This document shows, piece by piece, positions 1 through 8,841 of a stretch of 64,000 nt of DNA (positions are counted from its first letter, which is position 1; every line of letters begins with the position of its first letter). The translations under genes were made by a program, and so were the position numbers. The notes beneath the pieces were generated by a model that was given only the letters and a program-made list of their open reading frames with translations, searched no databases and was not told where the DNA came from. This DNA comes from Candidatus Aenigmatarchaeota archaeon (GTDB lineage: Archaea; Aenigmatarchaeota; Aenigmatarchaeia; CG10238-14), in NCBI GenBank assembly GCA_018304545.1, contig JAGVVZ010000002.1:16999-80998 (forward strand), read 5' to 3'.

Positions 1-827
1 ATATCAATAGGAAGTTGATGGAACACACCAGTACTGTTGTAAATTAAATATATTATTCCTAGAAAGATGAATATTGAACCGCTTATTATATTGGTAAGTC
101 CTGTATTAACTTCCTTACCAAGTAACCTAAATTTTATTGATTTTTGAAATATCGGCTTTTCGAATATGTGTATTTTATCAAAAAAGAATGAAAATATGAT
201 CAAAGGTATAGATATGCCTAAAGAGTAGACAAACATAAGCAAGACGGCAATCAGAATAGGCAGTGTAGAAGCTAGTGTAAGTATGCTAAATACTATTGGT
301 CCTGCGCATCCAGCATATCCAAATGAAAATAAAGCACCAAATATAATATTTTCAACGAAACTATTTCCAAGTTTATTTTTTATGTTAAACATATTAAATG
401 AAATGCCGAGTATAGACGCTAATCCAAATGCAAGAATCAACAATCCCGATAATAAAACCATTTTAGGTTGGTGTATTAACAACCAATTACCAATTACAGA
501 AGCACCAAGACCTAAAAAAGCATTGAATGAAGCAAATCCAATAAAGAATGCTGTAGTCATCAAAACTAGTTTCGTCTTGTTTTTGAATGAAAATGCGAAA
601 TAAGCAGGTAATATTCCAATACTACATGGTGCAAAGAATAATAATATGCCGCCTATAAAAGCAGATAGCAAAGTTAATTTTTGAACTTCAGATAAACTAG
701 TTGCTTTCACTATTTGCAAATTTTCTGGTATGTTTTCCTCATGAGGATAATCTGCAGAATGTCCTAAAACTATAACTGGAAATAATAAAACAAATATTAA
801 TAACAAAGTGTGCTTCAAGTTCAACAT
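1..827 (-). CDS. CcdA/DsbD-like thiol:disulfide transmembrane electron transporter (5' complete, 3' end beyond window start)
   Basis: Minus-strand ATG at 827-825 (MLNLKHTLLLIFVLLFPVIV...). Multi-pass hydrophobic protein with two membrane Cys motifs (..FAPCSIG.. and ..GYAGCAGP..) typical of CcdA. No stop before position 1. The plus-strand ORF 283..603 is its antisense shadow. Confidence 0.5.
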   Translation of the reverse strand, partial: MLNLKHTLLLIFVLLFPVIVLGHSADYPHEENIPENLQIVKATSLSEVQKLTLLSAFIGGILLFFAPCSIGILPAYFAFSFKNKTKLVLMTTAFFIGFASFNAFLGLGASVIGNWLLIHQPKMVLLSGLLILAFGLASILGISFNMFNIKNKLGNSFVENIIFGALFSFGYAGCAGPIVFSILTLASTLPILIAVLLMFVYSLGISIPLIIFSFFFDKIHIFEKPIFQKSIKFRLLGKEVNTGLTNIISGSIFIFLGIIYLIYNSTGVFHQLPID

Positions 828-868
828 AATTTATCCTTTACAAATCTTGAAAAAGTGATTATTTAAAT

Positions 869-2053
869 TTACTGTTGTTCTTCTGATGGTCTAACTATCT
901 CATTAGAAGAAAGGTTTTTGTATATACCCATAACTTCAGTTCTTCTAAAAACAAAATATCCGTCTGATTCCTTAGTTCCAACTGAATCCCAAACTTGAAT
1001 AAAATTTGGATATTCTTTAGATTCAGATGATAGAATTATTGTTGGTATCTTTGTTATATTATATTTGTTAACTATTCTTTTACCATCACTTGACGATACA
1101 TCATAAGAAAATTCTTTAGTAACAACGACACCAAAATTAGGTATTATTGATTTATGTAATGATACATTATAACATTCAGTACATGATGAATCTGATAGAA
1201 GTGTTAGTGTTGCCAAACCAACAATTTTCTTTGTGTTCAAATCTAGATAAGGCGCCGTATTAGTATGTAAAGCGTAATTGCCGTCGACTTCTGTAGCATT
1301 TAATCTAGGCAAAACAGAAGCTATATTTTCATATTCTTTTATTTCTGCAGAAATAACCAAAGCTGGTATTCTTCTTATGTTATATTTACTTCTAAATTCT
1401 TTTCCTTCCTCAGAATCATATTCAACAGATTTAGCTGATGTTATCTCAACATTAGATGCTCTAAAAGCAGATAAAACATCATTCATTGATGAACATTCTT
1501 TACATTCAGAATCTATAATACTGATCACTGAAACTAGACCGGCAACCTTCTTTTTATTTAGATCAAAGTATGGGGGTTCTATATTTGTAATTAAAACTGT
1601 TTCGTTATTATCAGCATAAGTACCCTTTTCCAACCAATATTGTTGTAATTCGCTCGATTTATCTAACTCGCCTGTTATTATCATGGTAGGTATTTTCTGT
1701 ATACTATATTTTATTATGAAATTTCTTCCCTCTTCTGAATTGAATTCTACTGTTTTTTCATTTAGTATTTTAACATTGTTTTGTTTTATTTCAGCTACTA
1801 TATCATTTATTTCAAAACATTGTTTGCAAGAACTATCCACGATTTTTAACAATTTTAACTCTGCAGATCTTACTACTTCATTTTGTTTAGAAATTTCTGA
1901 TTTTATTTTATTTGTCATATTAAAAAGGATAAACATATTGAATGTGTTGACTATAACAAGAACAAGAAACAAAATTAAAAATAAAGAATTCTGACTAGCT
2001 AAAGTTTTTTTCTTTTTCTTTGCTGTTTTCTGTGATTTATTTTTTTCGTCCAT
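869..2053 (-). CDS. Membrane-anchored protein with three tandem thioredoxin-fold repeats, each with a CxxC motif
   Basis: N-terminal TM helix, then three ~110-aa repeats with CKQC / CKEC / CTEC and a conserved ..SEEG..F..KY.I.(K/R)IP.. core. Directly downstream of the CcdA-like gene on the same strand. Confidence 0.6.
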   Translation of the reverse strand: MDEKNKSQKTAKKKKKTLASQNSLFLILFLVLVIVNTFNMFILFNMTNKIKSEISKQNEVVRSAELKLLKIVDSSCKQCFEINDIVAEIKQNNVKILNEKTVEFNSEEGRNFIIKYSIQKIPTMIITGELDKSSELQQYWLEKGTYADNNETVLITNIEPPYFDLNKKKVAGLVSVISIIDSECKECSSMNDVLSAFRASNVEITSAKSVEYDSEEGKEFRSKYNIRRIPALVISAEIKEYENIASVLPRLNATEVDGNYALHTNTAPYLDLNTKKIVGLATLTLLSDSSCTECYNVSLHKSIIPNFGVVVTKEFSYDVSSSDGKRIVNKYNITKIPTIILSSESKEYPNFIQVWDSVGTKESDGYFVFRRTEVMGIYKNLSSNEIVRPSEEQQ

Positions 2054-2075
2054 TAAAAATCAACTAAATAAAAAA

Positions 2076-2291
2076 TCAGCAGCCACCAACCATCGACGGT
2101 AAGTTTTCTAAATTAGATGGTAATTGAGCTGATCCACTGTTTCCAGCAGGAGATGAACTCACTGATTTACTGCCACCAACAGAAACGCCACTAACCAAAG
2201 TCGATTGAAGACTAAATAGTTGTATAGCTTGCAAAACTGAAACTAGTACCATTGCTCCAATCAAAATAGTTAATAACAAATTCGTATTCAT
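2076..2291 (-). CDS. Small membrane protein (one TM helix plus G/S-rich tail), hypothetical
   Basis: 71-aa ORF, hydrophobic N-terminus, same strand and tightly spaced within the thiol-disulfide operon. Confidence 0.3.
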   Translation of the reverse strand: MNTNLLLTILIGAMVLVSVLQAIQLFSLQSTLVSGVSVGGSKSVSSSPAGNSGSAQLPSNLENLPSMVGGC

Positions 2292-2332
2292 TCATTAACC
2301 TCCTTTTAATTCTATTAATAAAAACATAAATA

Positions 2333-3031
2333 TTAAGCTCCCACAATATTTTGTGATTCTACTGATATTCTTTGAATTGTTGGCCCGGGGTAGAAAAGTG
2401 TTTTCCATCTAGTCATCTCACCAAATATTTCGGCATCCGAATATTCTGGGTGATACTTAATAAACCATTTTGCTATGCCTCTCCAACTTGCAGCATGTGC
2501 ACAACCGCATCTAGTTATAATCGTTGGATTTGATGGGGAACCACAACAATAATCACAAGTAAAAGAATTAACTATTTTATTCCATCTTTGTTGTTCTTCA
2601 TCAGTTAATTTTATAGATCTTTCATGATTACTCCAAGTTTGTAGAGATTCTAAAGGATCATCAAAACTCACCTTAGCTTCTTCGCCATAGAAAGGCGTTC
2701 CTGTTGGTATTAGATTATTTATCATATCTTGAACCGAATCTCCTGTAGACGGTTTAAGTTGTAATTCACTTATGGACGGCATAGATTTTATCCTAGTTCT
2801 ATAACCAGATATAACTGGTTTTTCTCCTTCAGATAACAGAACGGGACCAACAGCCGTTTTTCCATCTATTTTTATATTCAAGTTTTTAAGATCTACTGTC
2901 TGGACATTTCTAGGTATTAAAGTTGAATATACTTTCAATGTAATAATTTGATTAACTAAAACTAAAGCCACAATCAGAATCAAAAAATGATAAAAATATT
3001 TGTGTGAAAGTATAGCATCTTGTTTTGGCAT
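2333..3031 (-). CDS. Membrane-anchored Cys-rich protein, hypothetical (CDYCCG...CGCAHAASW motif)
   Basis: 232 aa, N-terminal TM helix, C-terminal cluster of 6 Cys. First gene of the minus-strand operon, divergent from the blaI-like gene. Confidence 0.4.
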   Translation of the reverse strand: MPKQDAILSHKYFYHFLILIVALVLVNQIITLKVYSTLIPRNVQTVDLKNLNIKIDGKTAVGPVLLSEGEKPVISGYRTRIKSMPSISELQLKPSTGDSVQDMINNLIPTGTPFYGEEAKVSFDDPLESLQTWSNHERSIKLTDEEQQRWNKIVNSFTCDYCCGSPSNPTIITRCGCAHAASWRGIAKWFIKYHPEYSDAEIFGEMTRWKTLFYPGPTIQRISVESQNIVGA

Positions 3032-3050
3032 TTGATCACTTTATTAGCTT

Positions 3051-3135
3051 TACAATAGTTGTAAATATTACCTGTAAAATATTTAAAGTTTCTTAAAGTA
3101 TTACTTTACATATTTTGTAAATATTTACATATTTA
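3051..3135. promoter_or_regulatory. Divergent intergenic region with BlaI/MecI-type TACA/TGTA dyad operators
   Basis: TACAatagtTGTA at 3051-3063. TACAtatttTGTA at 3107-3120, overlapping the perfect 14-bp palindrome TGTAAATATTTACA at 3117-3130. Lies immediately upstream of the BlaI-family repressor gene (3150). Confidence 0.35.
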
Positions 3136-3149
3136 AATGTATTAATAAA

Positions 3150-3542
3150 GTGAGGTTAATGGTCAATATAAACAAAATAAGGTTAAATAAAATAGGACTT
3201 GAACTCTTTCTTAGTCCTCTAGAATCGGATGTCATTGGTATATTGTTCGGGAAAAAGGAAGCAAAAGTCAGAGAAATACATAACATACTAAAAAGAAAAA
3301 AGAAAGTTGCTTTGACAAGTGTTGCAGTAATATTAGATAGATTGTATAAAAAAGATCTAGTGAAAAGAAAGGTAGAAAATGGAAGAGGCGGCATACATTA
3401 CATATATTCGACGTCTGAGAGTAAAATAAATATAGAAAAATCCATAATCGAAAGTTCCATAAATAAACTAATAGATGTTTTCGGGTCTTCTGCCGTTAAT
3501 TATTTTGATGAAAGATTTTCTAAAAGAGGGGACAAAAAATGA
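3150..3542 (+). CDS. BlaI/MecI/CopY-family winged-helix transcriptional repressor
   Basis: 130 aa; ..LTSVAVILDRLYKKDLVKRKVENGRGGIHYIYSTS.. matches the BlaI family wHTH. TGA stop overlaps the next gene start (ATGA). Confidence 0.6.
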   Translation: MRLMVNINKIRLNKIGLELFLSPLESDVIGILFGKKEAKVREIHNILKRKKKVALTSVAVILDRLYKKDLVKRKVENGRGGIHYIYSTSESKINIEKSIIESSINKLIDVFGSSAVNYFDERFSKRGDKK

Positions 3543-4294
3543 TAGAGAAAATAGGCTGTTATATAGGACTTATTCTTGACCCACAAAAAATAATTTTATC
3601 TTTAATTTCATTATCAATATCTTTTTTTACATTATTACTCTTGAAAAAAACCGGCGTTTCAACTAAACTAAAAATATCGCTTATATACGCACATTTAACA
3701 TCTCTAGTATTTCCTTTCGTATTATTTGGAACGCATGTTGGATGCGGCATAGCATGTATGCCCTGCTACAATAATGTATTATCTCTAGTATCGTATGCGT
3801 TACCTACCACTCTATTTATTTCTACTATATCGAGTTTTTTTGTTGTACCATCTTTGTATATAATAACAAACAAGAAGAGAATTATCAAATCTGGTCATTT
3901 ATATAGATTTATAAAAAAATATTCAGAAAAAATGAAAATATCTGAACCAAAAATCTACGTTATAGATAAGGCTGAACCAATAGCATTCTCATTCAGAACA
4001 TTTAAATCCGCTATATTTTTATCCGTAGGTGTTTTAGATATACTTAAAGATAGAGAGATAGAATGCGTTGCTTTACATGAATTATCGCATCTAAAAGAAA
4101 AATCATCTATCACAAAAATTTCTTTGTCTATGTTAAAACTGTTTTCGCCTTTTTCTTTAATTTCTGGATTTAATATAGATTCTACAGACGAAGAAAAAAA
4201 AGCAGATAATTTTGTTCTAAAAGAGCAGAAAACAAAAAAATATCTGATATTAACTAAAAAAAGGTTTCAACAGTTCAAATGTTATAAAAAATAA
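3539..4294 (+). CDS. BlaR1-like M56-family membrane metalloprotease/sensor (HEXXH), truncated type without penicillin-binding domain
   Basis: Multi-TM protein with ALHELSHLK (HExxH) in the expected position. Translationally coupled to the BlaI-like repressor. Extra Cys cluster HVGCGIACMPC in TM2. Confidence 0.5.
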   Translation: MIEKIGCYIGLILDPQKIILSLISLSISFFTLLLLKKTGVSTKLKISLIYAHLTSLVFPFVLFGTHVGCGIACMPCYNNVLSLVSYALPTTLFISTISSFFVVPSLYIITNKKRIIKSGHLYRFIKKYSEKMKISEPKIYVIDKAEPIAFSFRTFKSAIFLSVGVLDILKDREIECVALHELSHLKEKSSITKISLSMLKLFSPFSLISGFNIDSTDEEKKADNFVLKEQKTKKYLILTKKRFQQFKCYKK

Positions 4295-4489
4295 CTATTT
4301 CTTTGCTAAATAAGCGTATACATGAGCCAATAATGACAGTACTACCATTAAAATTCCTAAATAAAACACATTATAACTCTCCACGTATTTGTAAATTAGC
4401 AGACCCAGACCTAAACCACCTATCACATGCGCAATGTTAGCAAAGTATACGTGCTTACTCCAATATTTTTGCATTTTTTCTAAACACAT
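4295..4489 (-). CDS. Small two-TM membrane protein, hypothetical
   Basis: 64-aa hydrophobic ORF; weak. Confidence 0.2.
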   Translation of the reverse strand: MCLEKMQKYWSKHVYFANIAHVIGGLGLGLLIYKYVESYNVFYLGILMVVLSLLAHVYAYLAKK

Positions 4490-4574
4490 AAAATCATTAA
4501 ATACTTATCACCGTGTAATAAATAGTTATTCAATTTGAGTAATGTTTAAAAATACAGTAATATAACAGTGTAAT

Positions 4575-4907
4575 ATGAAAATTATTATGCCGTGTGAAAC
4601 TGTAACGAGATATATTCTTCCAGCTTTAAGAGTGTCCATATCCAAGAAACTTTTCGAGAAATTCAAGTTTAACCAGTCCAATATAGCCAACATACTGGGG
4701 GTGACTCAACCTGTTATCAGTAAATACCTGTCTGAGAATTATGATGAAAAAATAAAGTTAATTCTAAAAAATGAAAGACTGGACAGAATTGCTCTTGAAA
4801 TAACAGAATCAATAATAAATAAAAATATAAATAATGAAGAAATTACTGGAATTCTACTGAAAACTTCATCGGAATTTGTTGATGGATATGAGTATCTGAT
4901 TGACTAG
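4575..4907 (+). CDS. Small HTH-containing putative transcriptional regulator
   Basis: 110 aa; ..QSNIANILGVTQPVISKYL.. helix-turn-helix signature. Confidence 0.35.
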   Translation: MKIIMPCETVTRYILPALRVSISKKLFEKFKFNQSNIANILGVTQPVISKYLSENYDEKIKLILKNERLDRIALEITESIINKNINNEEITGILLKTSSEFVDGYEYLID

Positions 4908-5119
4908 TAGATATATATGAATAGTGAAAAGATTTTGTTTTCTTGTGATATTTGTAAATCCTATATGTTAAGTTTACATTGCAAACTTATTTGTAAAAAT
5001 TGCGGATTTATGAGAGATTGTTCCGATCCATGATACATTGGTTATATGTTTGATATTTGAGAAATTATGTTTGTAATATTTGTATAAAAGTTGTTCTCGT
5101 TTCATTTATCGAAAAAGGT

Positions 5120-6355
5120 TTAATCAACATACATTAACAAGGTGTCAGGATCCTCTAATCTTCTTATTATAGAATTAACGAATTCGGCCACTTCTGCTCC
5201 ATCAACAACTCTGTGATCAAAGGAGAGCGAAAGTGGTAATATTTTTCTAACGACTATTTTTTTATTTTTAATAACTGGTTTTTCTTGGATTTTACCTATT
5301 CCTAATATAGCAACTTCTGGATAATTTATTATAGGTGTTCCAAAGATACCACCAACAGATCCGTAGTTAGTTATTGTAAATGTACCGCCTTTCAAATCTT
5401 CCATATCTATTCTCCTTGCTTTGGACTTTTCTGCTAAATCTTGTATTTCCTTTGCTAGTTCCATTATACTCTTATCATCAACTCTCTTTACTACAGGAAC
5501 CATTAAACCATCAGATGTTTGAACTGCTACTCCTATATTATAATATTTTTTGATTATAATTTCTTGATTCTCATCATCTAAACTGGAATTAAGATAAGGG
5601 TGTTCTTTCAAACCAGCTAAAACCGCTTTTATTATAAAGGGTAGAAAAGTTAAATGGATGCCATAATTTTCTGCTAATTTTTTTTCTTTCTCTCTTACTC
5701 TAACTAAATCTGTAATATCTACTTCATCAATGTGAGTAACGTGGGTTGCTGTAAATTTAGATTTAATCATATTTTCTGAAATTGTTTTTCTCATACCTTT
5801 TAATGGTATTTTTAAAATTTCACCATATTTTTCAAAGGCCAATCTTGGCAAAGTTGTTTTTTCTGTTTCTTTTTGTTTTGATACAATACTAGACCTATTA
5901 GCATAATCTTTAACATCTTGATTTGTTATTCTACCATTGTAACCAGTACCTTTTACATTTAATAAATTAATCTCCAATTGCTTAGCTAAATTTTTTGTTG
6001 CAGGTGTCGCTAATATTGTAGGTTTTAGAACTACTTGTGGGTTTTCTAATTTTTCTTGTATTTTTTCTAACGATTTCATTTCTTGTTTTTCTATTTGAAC
6101 TTCTGATAATTTTTCTCCTTCCTCACCCAAAACAAGCAGATTCTCGCCTACTTCGATAGTATCACCTGGTTTCCAATTTAATTTTAGTACAACACCTGCT
6201 TTAGGAGAGGGTATCTCAACTACAGCTTTATCAGTTTCGATTTCGGCAATAGTTTGATCTATTTTTATTTTATCTCCTTCTTTTACTAACCATTTTATTA
6301 GTTCGCCTTCATGAATTCCTTCACCAACGTCTGGAAATTTAAACTCAAACGGCAT
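5120..6355 (-). CDS. 2-oxoacid dehydrogenase E2 (dihydrolipoamide acyltransferase)
   Basis: Lipoyl domain motif IAEIETDKAVVEIPSP, peripheral subunit-binding domain, catalytic DHRVVDG motif. Confidence 0.85.
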   Translation of the reverse strand: MPFEFKFPDVGEGIHEGELIKWLVKEGDKIKIDQTIAEIETDKAVVEIPSPKAGVVLKLNWKPGDTIEVGENLLVLGEEGEKLSEVQIEKQEMKSLEKIQEKLENPQVVLKPTILATPATKNLAKQLEINLLNVKGTGYNGRITNQDVKDYANRSSIVSKQKETEKTTLPRLAFEKYGEILKIPLKGMRKTISENMIKSKFTATHVTHIDEVDITDLVRVREKEKKLAENYGIHLTFLPFIIKAVLAGLKEHPYLNSSLDDENQEIIIKKYYNIGVAVQTSDGLMVPVVKRVDDKSIMELAKEIQDLAEKSKARRIDMEDLKGGTFTITNYGSVGGIFGTPIINYPEVAILGIGKIQEKPVIKNKKIVVRKILPLSLSFDHRVVDGAEVAEFVNSIIRRLEDPDTLLMYVD

Positions 6356-6364
6356 TAAATCATC

Positions 6365-7345
6365 CTAAAATTTCATTAAATTTTTTGTTTCAGTAACTAT
6401 TCTTCTTACGTCTGGAATATAATTATTTTCTAACTTAGCTAAAGGGACCACTGTGTCAAAACCAGTAATTCTAATAACAGGCGCTTCTAAATTCAGCAAT
6501 GCTTTTTCGTTTATAATTGCCGATATTTCTGCACCTAATCCACATGTTAAAGGTGCTTCATGAACAACAACACATTTGCCTGTTTTCTTAACAGATTTTA
6601 AAATAGTGTCTTTATCTAATGGTGATAATGTTCTTAAATTTATTACTTCGGAATTAATATTATTGCCTTTCAAAATTTCATCTGCCTCTAAAACTGACGA
6701 CATCATAGCTCCATATGAAATTAATGTTATATCTGTGCCTTCTTTGACTACATTCGCTTCGCCTATTGGTATGGTATAAATTTCATCAGGAACTTCTTGT
6801 TTGAATGCTCTATATAATCTTAAAGGTTCAAAAAAAATTACTGGATCAGGGTCTCTAATTGATGATATTAAAAGTCCTTTAGCATCATAAGGATTTGAAG
6901 GCATAACTACCTTTAATCCAGGTGTATGAATAAAAAGAGCTTCTGTACTTTCTTCATGATGTTCCAGTCCCCTGCTGACCCAACTACAAGGTGTTCTTAC
7001 AACTAAAGGACATGTGAATCTTCCTCTGGATCTATTTCTTATTCTTGAAGCATGAGATATTAATTGCTCAAATGCTGAATAAATAAAACCACTAAATTGA
7101 ATTTCAACTACAGGTTTCAAGCCATAAACCGCCATTCCTATTGATGTACCAACTATACCAGATTCACTTAAAGGTGTATCTATTACCCTTTCTTCGCCAA
7201 ATTTCTGCAATAGACCTTCTGTTACTCTGAATACACCTCCATCAACACCAACATCTTCACCTAACACTAAAACATTCTGATCTCTTTCCATCTCTTGAGC
7301 CAAAGCCTGGTTAATTGATTGAACCATATTCATTTGTGACATCAA
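6365..7345 (-). CDS. Pyruvate/2-oxoacid dehydrogenase E1 beta subunit
   Basis: 326-aa transketolase-like C-terminal/pyrimidine-binding domains. Gene order E1alpha-E1beta-E2. Confidence 0.85.
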   Translation of the reverse strand: MMSQMNMVQSINQALAQEMERDQNVLVLGEDVGVDGGVFRVTEGLLQKFGEERVIDTPLSESGIVGTSIGMAVYGLKPVVEIQFSGFIYSAFEQLISHASRIRNRSRGRFTCPLVVRTPCSWVSRGLEHHEESTEALFIHTPGLKVVMPSNPYDAKGLLISSIRDPDPVIFFEPLRLYRAFKQEVPDEIYTIPIGEANVVKEGTDITLISYGAMMSSVLEADEILKGNNINSEVINLRTLSPLDKDTILKSVKKTGKCVVVHEAPLTCGLGAEISAIINEKALLNLEAPVIRITGFDTVVPLAKLENNYIPDVRRIVTETKNLMKF

Positions 7346-7354
7346 AACACCTTT

Positions 7355-8371
7355 TTAAGGAAATCTTATCTCTTTTTCTTTTTCGTCTAAATATTTCAAT
7401 AAATATTCTCTTTGCATTTTGATACTATTTGTTTGATTAGCGAATACATAATCAAAAAATTCATCTGGTTTTGGTTTTGATAATGACTCCATGGCAACAA
7501 TGGCCTTCTCCATATTTTCTTCAGCCTCTTTAAATGTTTTATCGCCAAATTCTTTAGTCCAAAGTTTTTTGTTTTCCATAAATCTCCTTAATCTTTCAAT
7601 CGGATCTTTTTGAGACCAAAGTTGAACTTCCTCTTCTGTTCTGTATATGTTATAATCATCAGCTGTAGTATGATGACCCAATCTATAAGTTACACACTCT
7701 ACTAAACTGGGACCATTATTTTGCTTGGATTTTTCAATTGCGTCTTTTGTCGCTTTGATAACAGCAAAAATATCATTACCGTCAACCTGTATACCATTGA
7801 ATCCGTATGCTATGGCCTTTTGCGCTATAGTTTCGGATTTTGTTTGCTTTGATCTGGGAACAGAAATTGCATATTGATTATTCTCAACTACAAATATAAC
7901 AGGTAAATTAAATACACCAGCAAAATTCATAGCTTCATGAAAATCACCTGTACTTGTAGCCGCCTCTCCCATATATGTTAATACTACAACGTCTTTTTTT
8001 TGTTTCTTCGCGGCCCAGGCTAATCCGACTGCGTGTAAAGGTTGAGTACCAACTGGAATTGCCAGAGTAAAGATGTTAAGATTTTCTGGTATTTTTTGGC
8101 CTCTTTCATCCCCACTCCAATATTGTAAAAGTTTCTCCAGCGGCATTCCCCTGGTTATATATGCGCCCATATTTCTATAAGTTGGGAATATCCAATCATT
8201 TTTAGATAAAACAAATGACGTGCCTATATCACTTGCTTCCTGTCCTTTAATTGGAGCATAAGTACCTATTCTACCTTGTCTCTGCAATTTCCAAGCTTTT
8301 TCATCAAATACTCTTGTTTGAACCATCAACCTATATAGTTCTTTAATCTCTTCGTCAGAAAGCTTGGGCAT
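7355..8371 (-). CDS. Pyruvate/2-oxoacid dehydrogenase E1 alpha subunit (TPP-binding)
   Basis: 338 aa, TPP-binding region (..GDFHEAMNFAGVF...VVENNQYAIS..). Confidence 0.85.
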   Translation of the reverse strand: MPKLSDEEIKELYRLMVQTRVFDEKAWKLQRQGRIGTYAPIKGQEASDIGTSFVLSKNDWIFPTYRNMGAYITRGMPLEKLLQYWSGDERGQKIPENLNIFTLAIPVGTQPLHAVGLAWAAKKQKKDVVVLTYMGEAATSTGDFHEAMNFAGVFNLPVIFVVENNQYAISVPRSKQTKSETIAQKAIAYGFNGIQVDGNDIFAVIKATKDAIEKSKQNNGPSLVECVTYRLGHHTTADDYNIYRTEEEVQLWSQKDPIERLRRFMENKKLWTKEFGDKTFKEAEENMEKAIVAMESLSKPKPDEFFDYVFANQTNSIKMQREYLLKYLDEKEKEIRFP

Positions 8372-8572
8372 TAGTCTTTCATCTACATTTGCGTTTTCAT
8401 CTAATATTCCAATGGATTCAATGGAGAAATCTACAACTTTATTTATTGGTATAAAACCACCTTCATATTATATATTAATTTATTTCTATGAATAGATTAT
8501 ATTTCTTATTTTAAATTTTATACAGATTAGAATAAATGACAAAAATATATAAAGTTTGATTAAAATAATTAG

Positions 8573-8839
8573 ATGAGATATTATATGGGTAAGTATAAAA
8601 TTGTATATGATAGAGATGCCTGTATAGGAGCAGCATCTTGCGTTGCAGTAGAACCTAATTTTTGGTCACTAGATAAAGAAAATAAAGCTATATTAGCTGA
8701 TAGTAAAAAAGAAAGCAGCAATATTTTTACAAGAGAAATAGAAGAAAAGGACCTTAATTCAAACTTAGATGCAGCAAAATCATGTCCGGTAAATTGTATA
8801 CATATAATAGAAAAGGATGCAAAAAAACAAATTGTTTGA
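8573..8839 (+). CDS. Small ferredoxin ([3Fe-4S]/[4Fe-4S] single-cluster type)
   Basis: 88 aa; CIGAASCVAVEP ... AAKSCPVNCIHI spacing matches Pyrococcus-type ferredoxins. Confidence 0.55.
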   Translation: MRYYMGKYKIVYDRDACIGAASCVAVEPNFWSLDKENKAILADSKKESSNIFTREIEEKDLNSNLDAAKSCPVNCIHIIEKDAKKQIV

Positions 8840-8841
8840 TT

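Noticed and set aside
283-603. Plus-strand 106-aa ORF
   Set aside because: Lies entirely antisense to the CcdA-like membrane protein gene (minus strand, ATG at 827); composition typical of an antisense shadow ORF.
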